Positions 1 through 10,919 of a stretch of DNA of 33,784 bases are shown here, one piece after another. The notes under the pieces were generated by a model. The model saw only the letters and a list, made by a program, of their open reading frames with translations, was not told where the DNA came from and did no database searches. Position numbers and translations under genes: made by a program. This stretch comes from Chiloscyllium plagiosum (taxonomy: Eukaryota): positions 9,246,934 through 9,280,717 of the forward strand of contig NC_057756.1 in assembly GCF_004010195.1 (NCBI RefSeq), in the 5' to 3' direction. Position 1 is the stretch's first letter. The number at the start of each line of letters is the position of its first letter.

Positions 1-770
1 ATAAACAGGAGATAACAGAAGGTTCTTCCTGGTGGTGGAAATTGAATAAAGATTGGTGCACTTTGTGTCTTTCACTGTGTCTCACACCTGCACACACACC
101 ATGGGTGCTGGGGAAAAAAAATAATAAGCACTACCGCGGTTAGGTGGTAGTGTGGGGGTTAAAGGGAAAAGGAAAAAAAGGAAAAAAAAAAACAGGAGTG
201 TTCACACAGCACTGCCCTCTGAAAAAAAAAATAACCAGAAGTTCCAACTCTATTTTGATTTAGTCCCTCCCCTCCCCCTCACTGTTTAGGTGGTAGTGTG
301 GGGGTTAAAGGGAAAAGGAAAAAAAGGAAAAAAAAAAACAGGAGTGTTCACACAGCACTGCCCTCTGAAAAAAAAATAACCAGAAGTTCCAACTCTATTT
401 TGATTTAGTCCCTCCCCTCCCCCTCACTGTTTTGATCACACAGCACTGCCCTTTGATGTGAAGGGCAGTGTTTGTCACTGGCCACCCGGGTGTTTTCCTA
501 TCTTCCTGGTGGTGGAAATTAAATAAAGATTCGTGCACTTTGTGTCTTTCATTGTGTCTCACACCTGCACACACACACCATGGGTGCTGGGGAAAAAAAT
601 AAGCACTACCGCACTTAGGTGGTAGTGTGGGGGTTAAAAAAAGAAAAAAATATATAAAAAAAAATATATAACCAGAAGTTGGTTTTCAAAAAAGAAAACA
701 AAAAAAGAAAATATAAACAGGATATTTAGAGTCTCCTCAAAAAAAACAGGAGTTTAGAATCTCCTCAACT
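1..770 (+). repeat. Stack of A-tailed retroelement 3'-end fragments with a ~145-bp tandem duplication
   Basis: 24-165 recurs at ~501-640 (AATAAA, then A-rich tail). 141-286 is near-identical to 287-430. A-tracts are repeatedly followed by CAGGA or TAACCAGAAGTT. Confidence 0.7.
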
Positions 771-874
771 GAGTACTGACTTCAAGTTGCCTGGCCACAG
801 CCAGTGTACTGTCCACTACTAAATAAAGGGTGACTTGGTGATGGGACCTGGCCTCTCTGCAGTTATCTCTGTTC

Positions 875-2002
875 CAAAATGGTAGACTAATTAGTAAAGT
901 TAGATCTGATGGGATTCAGGGTGAACTTCCCAACTGGATAAACAATTGGTTTAATGGCAGGGCAGAGGATGGTGGTGGAGGGTTATTTTTCAGACTGGAG
1001 GCCTGTGACCAGTGGTGTTCCACAGGGATCAATTCTGGGTCCTCTTTTGATTGTCATTTACATCAATGATTTGGATGAGAATATAGAAGGTTAGCTTAAT
1101 AAGTTTGCGGATGACACCAAAATTGATGGCATAGTAAACAATGAAGAAGGTTTTCAAAGATTACAAAAGGATCTTGATCAAATGGGTCAATTGGCTTCAG
1201 CAGATGGAGTTCAACCTGGATAAATGTGACGTACTGCATTCTGGTACAACAAACAAGGGCAGAATTTATACAATTAACGTCGGGCCTTGGGTAGTGTTGT
1301 TGTACAGACAGACCGAGTGGCTCAGGTACATAATTCTTTGAAATTGGCATCACATATAGACAGGGTGGTCAACAAAGACATTTAGTCTTCATTGCTCAGT
1401 CCTTTGAGTAGAGGAGTTGGAAAGTCATGTTGAGGTTGTAGAGAACATGGGGAGACCTTTTCTGGAATACTGTGTCCTGTTCTGGTTGCCCAGCTATAGG
1501 AAGGATATTAAGCTGGAGAGGGTTCACAGGAAATTTACCAGGATGTTGCCGGGTTTGGAAGGTTTGAGTTAAACAGAAAGGCTGGATAAACTGGGTCTTT
1601 TTTCACTGGAGCATGGCAAGTTGAGAGGTGACCTTATAGGAGTTTATAAAATCATGTGAGGTGCAGATTGGGTGAACAGTAGGTATTTTCTTCCCTAGGA
1701 CACAGGTTTCAAGACTAAGGGGCACATTTTTAAGGTGAGAGGAGATAAATTTTTAAAGACACGAGGGGCCTTTTTTTTAAAAACACAGAGCGTGGTTCGT
1801 GTGTGGAATGAACTTCCAGAGGAAGTGGTGGGATGTGGGCACAATTGCAATGTTTAAAAGCCATTTAGATAAGCACATGAATAGGAAAGGTTTGCAGTGG
1901 TATAGGCCAAGAGCAAGCAGGTGGGGCTCGTTCAGTTTGGGATTATGTTCAGCATGGACTGGTTGGGCCAAAGGGTCTGTTTCCATGCTGTATGACTACG
2001 AC
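875..2002 (+). mobile_element. CR1-type LINE, 5'-truncated RT C-terminus and 3' end, degenerate
   Basis: [17 protein letters not shown] and KFADDTK motifs, QMEFNLDKC, typical CR1 3' tail; frameshifts and stops. Confidence 0.9.
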
Positions 2003-2264
2003 AAAGCTCTGGCATTCCCCCTTCAACCTATTTGTCTGAACTTCTCTTTCATCTATTAAAACACTTAAAAATGACCTCTTTGGCTAAGTTGATCATTTGT
2101 AATAATACCTTCTCAGGGCATGGTGTCATACTTTGTTTTACAATGCTGCCTTGAAGAACCTTGGGAATAGTTATTACATGAAAGATGCTTTATTAATCTT
2201 GTTGTTATTGGCTTACTCAGATGCCTAACTCAGCTAAATCCAACAGGAAGTCAGATCCAAGGAC

Positions 2265-2610
2265 TGATTTAATAGAAGGCCTTAGAATTACGAAAGGAGT
2301 TTTGATAGTGTAGCTGAAAAGGTCAAGTTTCCACTTGTGGGCAAAAACAGAACTTAGAGCCATCGATATCAGATAGTCATTAATAAACCCCAATCAGAAT
2401 TCAGGAGAAACCTCTTCACCCAGAAACTGGGGAGAAGGTGGAACTCGCTCCCACAGGGATTGGTCAAGTTAAGTCTTGGCGATGTATTGAAGGGGGAAGC
2501 TGGATAAACAGAAGGGAGATATGATGAGATGAGTGGGTGAGTGGAAGCTTCTATGGAACAGAAACACTATCATGGATCATGTGGGCTGGATGGCATGTTT
2601 CTCATCTGCA
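2265..2610 (+). mobile_element. Old CR1-type LINE 3' fragment
   Basis: gaattcaggagaaacctcttcacccag..tggaactcgct, similar to other CR1 tails in the window. Confidence 0.65.
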
Positions 2611-2657
2611 GGCTCCACGCAATGTACTATTCTATCATAAAAGATTTGTTTTCTCAC

Positions 2658-2768
2658 CATCATCCACAACCGATAACGAGGTTATACAGACATCAGGATT
2701 ATAGCATTCAATGTCTTCACATCGGGGCTCAGGTACATTCAGGCAGCTCTTGCATTTAAATGAAAATA
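2658..2768 (-). CDS. Ly6/uPAR-family gene A, LU domain N-half exon ((V)FSFKCKSCLNVPEPRCEDIECYNPDVCITSLSVVDD)
   Basis: Acceptor gttttactgtag, donor ATG|GTGAGA, 111 nt, phase 1-1, open frame, C1-C5 LU spacing (CxxC-x7-C-x4-C-x5-C). Downstream exons were not found in the window and presumably lie left of it. Confidence 0.88.
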
Positions 2769-3959
2769 CTACAGTAAAACAGAATTGTTAATGATTATGC
2801 TGGAAGGGATCACAGCCGTGAAACAGATAACAGATCAATGAATTTCCCTAATGATCCCAAATATTTGAGTACCCAAAGCAGTCACAACTTCAGGTGTCAC
2901 TACCTTTGCTGTCAGTTTAGGGATCAGCGCTGTAAAAATCTAACCCAGAAGAACTTAATAAATACTCAGGTGTCATTAATAAGTTAGTCAGCAGTGATAA
3001 AAGAAACAATGTGGATTTCAAAAATACCTTTCACAACTTCTTGATGCACAAAAGCTCTTTCATTAATTATGTACATTCTGAGGCATAGTTACAATGTAGG
3101 AAACACCACAGTTAATTTACATGTAGAAGCTCTCACAGATCATCTGCTTTTAGTTTAGTGATGTTGGGGAACAGATAAAGATCATTCCCAACATCCCGGG
3201 GGAGGACTATTCCTCCTCCACTGTAATTCCAATTACCTGAATTATGCTCACCACTGATGTGGGAGGTGGTAATATTTTCATCCGTCCTTCTCTGAAGACA
3301 ATAAAATCTCAAAAAATGGCTACACAGATAGGATACAGTCCCAAGAATAACTGATCTGTTTTTGGTAAAAGCTGTGGATTCAGATCATGGATATTTTTAC
3401 ATGATCTGTTAACATTTGGAGACAGAGTAAATTAACCTTTCTTTAGTATGTTGATTTAAAAAAAATTTAAAACATTTTTTTCAAAACCAACTATTTACTA
3501 GCTACTTTCAAATGTCATGTTGAATTCCTTAACTGTTGTAGTGGAATATGTCAGAACTGTCAAAATATGAGCAGTGTTTACAGAACAGGTTACTGGATGC
3601 GATGTCTGAAACTTCTTAGTGAGATGGAAATTTTAATAAACAAATGTTCTCAGTTTTGTAGTTAGAGAGCATCACCTTGGCAGGGAAGAATTTCTACTAA
3701 GAGCTGTATAATTGTATTAACATTGAGTTAATTGAGTTAACACAGTCTAGCAAAGGTATGCATTTTACTGATTGTCCTCTTCATTTATATATGCCTAACT
3801 TAAATACTCATCCCAAAGGTTTGACAACATAACTGATAATTAGTAAATGTCATATATTTCTTAGAAAGCTGTAACATGATTATTAGCATCTTTCTCTTAT
3901 CCTCTTTAACCTCAATGATTATCTCTGCTCATCACAATACCATCAGCCAATGAAGACAT

Positions 3960-4270
3960 AAGATGTGTAATATGGGTGGACCAACAAGATCCCACTAACA
4001 GCAATGTGGTAACAATCAGATCATCTGCCTTTCATTGACGTTGGTTGAGAGATTGATTCCCAGGAGATGATTGGTGAGGGATGACGGACAGCAACCTTCC
4101 CAGATCTCATTCTTTGAAATGGTGGCTAAAGGATCTTTTATACCCATCTGAGGGGAATGTCAGGGACTGGATTTAGATTATGGTATCTCCAGCAGTTCAA
4201 CGCCATCTCAGTATTGATGCTGCAAGCATCAGCCTGGGTTTTCAATCCTGTCGCTGATTCAGGGCTTTAG
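3960..4270 (-). mobile_element. Degenerate DeuSINE/SacSINE-like SINE
   Basis: agatcccactaacagcaatgtg...ggatctttta..catctgag...ctcagtattg resembles the reverse strand of the Deu domain (recognised from memory). Confidence 0.5.
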
Positions 4271-4560
4271 GTCAAACCACAACCAATGATCAGCTCGAAA
4301 AATTCTGTCCATGTTTTCATAAATCCCACTACAACAGCAGAGTTACCACATTCAAAACAATCAACAATATTTTTAAAAAAGGGTTCATTCACCCCATCTC
4401 CAAATGTCAAATAGTACTTGATGGCTGTCTCTGTTTGTTGTTAAGTCAAACCATGATAAATGAATACCCTGAGAACTGAAACACTACCTTTTCTCCCACA
4501 AATAATCTTACAAAGCCAAGCAGTGATACCCCTAATTGATTAATTACTAGGAATTCTTAC

Positions 4561-4609
4561 CTCCTAGAATAATGTTGCAGAGAATAAATACTACCAATAA
4601 AACCCTCAT
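4561..4609 (-). CDS. Ly6/uPAR-family gene A, signal-peptide exon (MRVLLVVFILCNIILG + 1 nt)
   Basis: ATG at 4609-4607, 16 mostly hydrophobic codons + 1 nt, consensus donor GAG|GTAAGA (phase 1). Probable acceptor at 4686-4687 (ttctctccaatccag) gives exon 4561-4685. Splices in frame to 2768. Confidence 0.85.
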
Positions 4610-4974
4610 TGTATATAATTGCCTTATCGTACTTGTCGTGAGGTTTGTCAGTATTGAATATGCAAAGGGTAAGCAATCAGGTGCCCTGGATTGGAGAGAA
4701 TTCAGAATAAAAAAGAATGAGGGACGATGAGTCATGACATTGCCAGTTCATCAGTTTTAACTTACTTCCAAATCCAGTTCTAACCTATTGGAGTGAAGCT
4801 TTTTGCTTCACGTACTAACCTCTTCAAACAATATTGGTCACCTTATTTAAGCAGGGTTACATTTGCATTGGAAACAATTCCAAGAAGGTACACTAAGCTG
4901 ATTTCTGGAATAAAGCTGTCTTATAAGCATTGTAGTTTAGCAGAATGAGAGGTGATATCATTGAAATGCATAGC

Positions 4975-6430
4975 AACTTAGTGCCAAATTCCTGTTTTTT
5001 CCCAATAAGCCAGCACATTATTTTAAAAAGAAACAATCCTACAATGCTTTTTTGTCTGCCTCAGTTGAACCTATCTTCACCACACTTCTAAGCTGTCCGT
5101 TCCAGACCTGGCAACTCTTTTTTGCTTCTTTAGCAAAACACTTTAAAACTGTGCCCTCTCATTCTTGATCGATTTATGAATGCCAACAGTTTCTCCCTAT
5201 CTACTCTGTGGCAGAGCTTCACAATTTTGAAAACTTCCATCAATCTCCCCATAAGCTGTCTTTTTTCCAAGGAAAACAGTTCCAACTCCTCCAATCTTTT
5301 CTCATAATTGAAGTTTCTTATCAGTGGAACCATTCTCATAAATGTCTTCTGCACTCTCTCCAATGTGTTCATATCCTTCCTACAGTGTGGTACCCAAGAC
5401 TGTACACAAAACTCCAACTGAGGATCTAACCAGTGTCCCATCATAACCTTCCTACGCTGGTATCCTATTGCTCTATTAATGAAGCTTAGAATACTGTATG
5501 TTTTATTAACAGCTCTCCTTACCTGACCTGTCACCTGCAACAACTTATACACATATATACCCATGGTCCTCTGCTCCTGCACATCCTTTAGAATATCTTT
5601 TATCATCTCTCCATGTTCTTCATACCCAAGTACATCACATCACACATCTCCACACTAAACTTCAAACACCACCTACCTGCTCACTCCACTGATTTCTCAA
5701 TGTCCTTTTGAATTCCTGTGTTGTCTTCTTCACAGTTTATGTTCCCAAGTTTTGTGTCATTCACAAACTTTAAAACTGCCTCCTACACACCAAGATCTAG
5801 ATCATTAACAAATATCCGGAAATGTAAGGATCCCAATCCCAAAGGAATTCCACTAGAAGCATTCAACCATTGCTCTGTTCCAAACCCTCGACCAATTTGG
5901 TATCTATGTTGTTATTGTCCTTTGTTTTCAATGTGCTATAGATTTCCTCACAAGTCTATTTGTCGTACACCTTTTGGAAGTCTATGTAGACTGCATCAAC
6001 ATCTTTCCCCATGTTGGCCATTTGAAAAATTCCAACAAGTAGACTGTATTTTGCTTCAAAAGTTCCATTCTGACTTTTCTGATTCATTCACATTTTTCCA
6101 TGTGACTATTCATTCTACGCTGAATAATTGTTTCCAGAAGATTAGCCAAAGTTATGCTGACTGGTATATAATTGATGAGAATACCCATACAATCTTGCGT
6201 AAGCAAGGGCATAATGTTCGCAATTTTCCAGTCCTCTGACATGGACCCTGAGTCCAAGGAAGATGAAAGGATTATTGCCACTGCTTCTGCAATTCCACTC
6301 TCACTTTCTTCAATATCCATGGATGCACCTAATCCAGCCCCAGTACCTTATCCAATATCTCCTCCTTGTCAATTTTAAACCAATCTGACTTTGCACATCT
6401 GTGACCACGGTCAAGGCATCGTTTGCCTTG
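4975..6430 (-). mobile_element. CR1-type LINE RT fragment, degenerate
   Basis: ORFs 5130-5606 (PQLEFCVQSW..LERVQK..LFSLEKR) and 6084-6320 (DWKIANIMPL..YIPVSIT). Confidence 0.9.
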
Positions 6431-6856
6431 TGGGTAAAGACAAATGTAAATTATTAACTTCTACTTTCTAATATTCTCTCCTGGTTCCCTTTGCGTTCGT
6501 AAGCACATGGTTCCCCCAACGATACTGCCCACCCCACTCTTTGCTCTCCTTCCCAGTACAACTGGGCTATCTGATGGGTGCCACAGACTAGGCTCCTGCT
6601 GAGCTCCTTCGAAGGGCCCATTGCCGATAGCCAGAAGGGAGAATGGTCACAGTGAGCAGGAGCCTTGAGGAATCCTGCACTCCCTGCCCGGGCCACCTGG
6701 TCCACTCATGCTGAAACTGACAGTTTCCTCTTCTTCTTCGACGTAGGATGTACAATTATGATTTTGTCTGTGAATGTGCGAGTGAGGGTGTGCACATGCA
6801 CGTATTCCTCTTACCCATCCATTCTATCTGGCCCTGCTGGTGTTCTGGGACTGTTT

Positions 6857-7480
6857 TAGAATCATAGAATCCCTAGAGTGCAAAAAGAGGCCATTCAGCC
6901 CATTACATCAACATCAATCCTTCGAAGAGCATACCAACCAGACCCAGCCTCTCCCTACCCTATGCTTATAATCCCCCATTTACCTCAGTCAATCCACCCT
7001 AACCTGCACATCCCCAGACATTGTGGGCAACTTACCATGGTCAATCCACCCGAACCTGCACATCCCCAGATATTATGTGTAACTTAACATGGACAATCCA
7101 CCCTAACCCGCACATCCCTGGACACTATGGGACAATTTAGCATGGCCAATCCACCCTAACCTGCACATCGCAGGACACTATGGGACAATTTAGCATGGGC
7201 AATCCAACCTAACCTACACATCCCTGGGCACTATGGGACAATTTAGCATGGCCAATCCACACTAACCTGCACATCCCTGGGCACTATGGGACAATGTAGC
7301 ATGGCCAATCCACATCAACCTTAACCTGCACATCTTTGGACCGTGGAAGGAAACCAGAGCTCTGGAGGGTACCCGCACAGACCAGGGAGAACATACACAT
7401 AGCCAGTCATCCGAAGCTGGAATTGAACCCATGTCCCTGGTGCTGCGAGGCAGCCATGCTAACCACTGAGCCACCATGCC
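6857..7480 (-). mobile_element. V-SINE (HE1-type) with internal ~53-bp tandem expansion
   Basis: tRNA-like head with B box (GGTTCAATTCC, ~7419-7429), V-domain remnant, about 7 variable units of ccaatccaccctaacctgcacatcc, CR1-like tail. Confidence 0.9.
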
Positions 7481-7766
7481 ATTTACCACCTTATTTCAAC
7501 ATGCCATCAGCTTCCATTGAGCTTGACCCGTCGCTCTTCGCTGGCTTTTGGCCACAACCCCTGTCCAATTTCCTCCTCTGTCGCCTCTTAAGAATTAATC
7601 TTCGAAGCTCAACAACGCTGGCTTACGGTCAGAAAACAGACCCTTTGTTGGCGTCCTCTCTGAACCAATGGGCGTTGGGAGGTTGATCTTTGACCCTACG
7701 CAAACTGGCATCCCATTGAGGTCTTTGGCTTCGGGGGCTGTTTTCTTAAAAGCCAAAAATACTCAC

Positions 7767-7897
7767 CCAATGCAAGGTTTGGGGGCAGGGGGGGAAATGG
7801 TGTAGAAGGTTTTACATTTAATGTAACGTGCCTCTGTTATGCATGTTATTCCAATCCCAACCCTTGACGCCCCCCCCTCCCCAAACTCCACAACATT
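7767..7897 (-). other. Putative non-coding first exon of gene A
   Basis: Begins ~30 nt downstream of the minus-strand TATA (CTATAAAAG) and ends at the strong donor TGG|GTGAGT (7766-7761). The start site and the link to gene A are inferred. Confidence 0.55.
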
Positions 7898-7899
7898 GC

Positions 7900-8150
7900 C
7901 ATCCCAACCCCGCTCCCGCCTTTTATAGCCGGTGGCGGACACGTGAAGGGGCGGGGCCTGCCAATCACGGCGCGCCGCGTCGCTCACGTGACGGGGCGGT
8001 GGCCCAATCAGGGTGGCCCCCCTCCCCCCGTGTCCCGTGCGGACTGGCCGCGTGGCGCGGCCTCGCGCGGCCCCTGGCTAACGGTCAAATTTCAAAAACA
8101 GGCGCCACGAGCGCCGGGCGGTTATTCGGCCCTTCCCGCCAAGAGCAGCC
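7900..8150 (-). promoter_or_regulatory. CpG-rich promoter: TATA (7921-7928, minus), E-boxes CACGTG (7940-7945, 7985-7990), GC boxes (~7948-7956, ~7993-7999), CCAAT boxes (7961, 8004), E2F-like TTCCCGCC (8133-8140)
   Basis: The only CpG-dense non-repeat segment in the window. The motifs are read directly and ordered like a Pol II core plus proximal promoter facing left. Confidence 0.8.
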
Positions 8151-9310
8151 CTCAAGATGGCCAAAGGAGGACAACGTCATCCCAAAAGGGCATTGAGAGT
8201 GCCTGAAAGAGAGCACATATATTCGCCAAATGCCATTAAGATGACCGAAAATGGACACAGCTCCACAAAAAAAAAAGAGAGAGAGGAAAATAGGAAAGAT
8301 CATATTTTTCCCAAAGGTCAATGGTGTGGCAGGAAAATGGGCATAACGAACACAGAGAGAAAGAACATCTTCTCAAATGGCACTGAGATGGCTGAAGAGA
8401 CCGTACATCTTTTAATGGACAAAGGTGTCTCTAAAGGAGAAGATGCGAGTTTTATTTTTGAAGAAGTCGTCAAGGAGCCTGTAAAAGATGGCACATTGGG
8501 TGGCTCACCGTGCCTCACGGCGCCAGGGACCCCGGTTCGATTCCAGCCTCGGGCGACTGTGTGGAGTTTGCACATTCTCCCCATGTCGGCCTGGGTTTCC
8601 TCTGGGTGCTCTGGTTTCCTCCCATAAACCAAAGATGTGCAGGTTAGGGTGGATTGTCCGTGCTAAATTGTCCCATAGTGTCCAGGGATATGTAGGTTAG
8701 GGTGGATTGGCCACGCTAAATTGTCTCATAGTGTGCATGGATGTGCAGGTTAGGGTGGATTGGCCATGCTAAATTGCCCATAGTGTCCAGGGATGTGTAG
8801 GTTAGGGTGGATTGGCCGTTCTAAATTGTCCCATAGTGCCCAGGGATGTGCAGGTTAGGGTGCATTGGCCGTGCTAAATTGTCCCACTGTCCCCAGGGAT
8901 GTGCAGGTTAGGGTGAATTGGCCATGCTAAATTGTCCCATAGTGTCCAGGGATGTGCAGGTTAGGGTGGATTGGCCATGCTAAATTGCCCATAGTGACCA
9001 GGGATGTGTAGGTTAGGGTGGATTGGCCATGCTAAATTGTCCCATAGTGACCAGGGATGTGTAGGTTAGGGTGGATTGGCCATGCTAAATTGCCCATAGT
9101 GCTAGGTACATTAGTCAGGGGTAAATGTAGGGGAATGGGTCTGGGTGGGTTAGTCTTCGGAGGGTCAGTGTGGACTTGTTGGGCCAAAGGAGGGAATCTA
9201 ATTTTACCAGAGGGCAATAAGATGGCAGAAAACAAGGGGAGACATCTTCCCAAAATGCATTAAGCGGCTGGAAAGTGAAAACAATCTTGTCAAAAAGGTG
9301 TTAAGAGATG
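8130..9310 (+). repeat. Degenerate ~40-bp tandem repeat (catcttcccaaanggcattaagatggcngaaaa) interrupted by a SINE
   Basis: Units recognisable at ~8132, 8173, 8215, 8300, 8365 and, after the SINE, ~9200, 9241, 9281. Confidence 0.6.
8488..9190 (+). mobile_element. V-SINE (HE1-type) with about 9 copies of a 53-bp internal repeat
   Basis: B box GGTTCGATTCC at 8534-8544, V-domain tgtggagtttgcacattctcccc, array gatgtgcaggttagggtggattggccatgctaaattgtcccatagtgtccagg at 8634-9100. Confidence 0.92.
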
Positions 9311-9687
9311 TAATTGTACCAGCCTCCACTACTTCATCCAGCAGCTCATTCCATACACGTACCAATCTCTTTTTGAAAAAGTCAATCCTCAAGTCCCTTT
9401 TAAATCTTTCCCCTGTCATCTTAAACTTATATTCTCTAGTTTTGGACTCCCCTACCCTACGAAAAAGATCATATTTATTTATCCTATCCATGCCTGTCAT
9501 GATTTTATAAACCTCGAGAAGGTCACCCCTCAGCCTCCGATGCTCCAGGGAAAATTGACCCAGCCTATTCAGCCTTTCCCTACAGCTCAAACCCTCCAAC
9601 CCAGGCAATATACTTGTAAATCCTTTCTGCACCATTTCAAGTTTCACAACATCTTTCCTATAGGAGGGTGACCATAATTATACACAG

Positions 9688-9822
9688 GAGAAAGTGAGGT
9701 CTGCAGATGCTGGAGATCAGAGCTGAAAATGTGTTGCTGGAAAAGCGCAGCAGGTCAGGCAGCAGGTCCTGTTCCCTGGATGCTGCCTGACCTGCTGCGC
9801 TTTTCCAGCAACACATTTTCAG
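9688..9822. mobile_element. Penelope-like fold-back fragment with 16-bp target duplication
   Basis: Inverted arms 9722-9774 and 9781-9823; ccataattatacacag at 9672-9687 and 9823-9838. Confidence 0.8.
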
Positions 9823-9867
9823 CCATAATTATACACAGTATTCCAAAAGTGGCCTCACCACTTTTGC

Positions 9868-10285
9868 ATGGCACAGTGGTTCAAGAGTTAGCTCTGCTGC
9901 CTGACAACACCAGGGACGGAGGTTCAATTCCACTCTCGGGAGACTATGTGGAGTTTACACGTTCTCTCTGTGTCTGCTTGGGTTTCCTCTGGGTGCCCTG
10001 GTTTCTTCCCAGAGTCCAAAGATGTGTAGATTTGGCCATGCTAAATTGTCCCATAATGTCTAGGGATGTGTAGGCTAGGTAGGTTAGCCATGGGAAATAC
10101 AGGATTACAGGGATAGGTTAGCATGGTTTGGCCATGCTAAATTGACCCATAATGTCTAGGGATGTGTAGGCTAGGTAGGTTAGCCATGGGAAATGCAGGG
10201 ATAGGTTAGGGATGACTCTTCAGAGGGTTGGTGTGGATTCAATGATCTGAATGACCTGCTTCCAAACTAGGGGTTCTATGAATTC
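9868..10285 (+). mobile_element. V-SINE (HE1-type) with an internal ~95-bp duplication
   Basis: ggcacagtggt head, ggttcaattcc B box, V-domain, duplicated ttggccatgctaaattg...ccatgggaaat block. Confidence 0.85.
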
Positions 10286-10919
10286 AATGTACAGCTGCAA
10301 CATGACACCCCAACTCTTATACTGTATTCTGATTAATGAAAGCAAATGTGCCAAAAGCCTTCTTCATCTCCCTTTCTACCTGAGACTCCATTTCCAAGGA
10401 ACTGTGCACCTGCACGCCTCATCCACTTTGGTCGGCAACACTGCCCAGGGCCCTACCATTAAGTCTATAAAGTCCTGCCCTGGTTTCGCCTTACCAAAAT
10501 GCAACACCTCAAATTTATCTAAATTAAACTCTATCTGCCATTCCTTAGCCCATTGGCCCATCTGATCAAGGTCCCATTGTACTCTGAGATAATCTTCTTC
10601 ACTGTCCACTACACCACTTTCTTGGCAAACAGGATGTAGAAGGTTGAAAAAGATAACCCGTCTTCTCAAATTTGTCGTCAGCAATCAGTTGCCAACAAGT
10701 ATTATTGTCCACCCAAGAAATTCGATGTCACTGATCACGAGTCTTGCGAGTCCTTGCTTGGCTGATGAACCCAATCCTAGAGCCACATATCTGACCACAT
10801 GTTTGTTAGGACTTATTTGAAGGTGGTGTTGGTCCTTGGCCTTGAGACTTGAATGACATTAAAATATCTGATAAATAAGATACTCTATGAAAAGGTGTCA
10901 TTGAAATGGAGGCTATGTC

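Larger units (their letters stand above)
9309..10620 (-). mobile_element. CR1-type LINE 3' portion, interrupted by a fold-back element and a SINE
   Basis: ORFs 9204-9647 (LEGLSCRERLNRLG..RLRGDLLEVYKIM) and 10376-10684 (WQIEFNLDKFEVLHFG). Confidence 0.9.

Noticed and set aside
4726..4735. Perfect AP-1 site (TGAGTCA) near gene A's leader exon
   Set aside because: A single 7-mer is expected by chance in 34 kb; no supporting evidence.
6430..6850. Unique-looking GC-moderate segment with an 83-aa ORF and a GTAAGA donor near 6814
   Set aside because: No recognisable protein; could be a UTR exon or repeat remnant but cannot be supported.
8488..8560. tRNA-like A/B boxes (also at other SINE heads)
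   Set aside because: These are SINE heads continuing into the V-domain, not tRNA genes.
8157..8627. 156-aa ORF next to the promoter
   Set aside because: Made of a degenerate tandem repeat plus SINE head; no recognisable domain.
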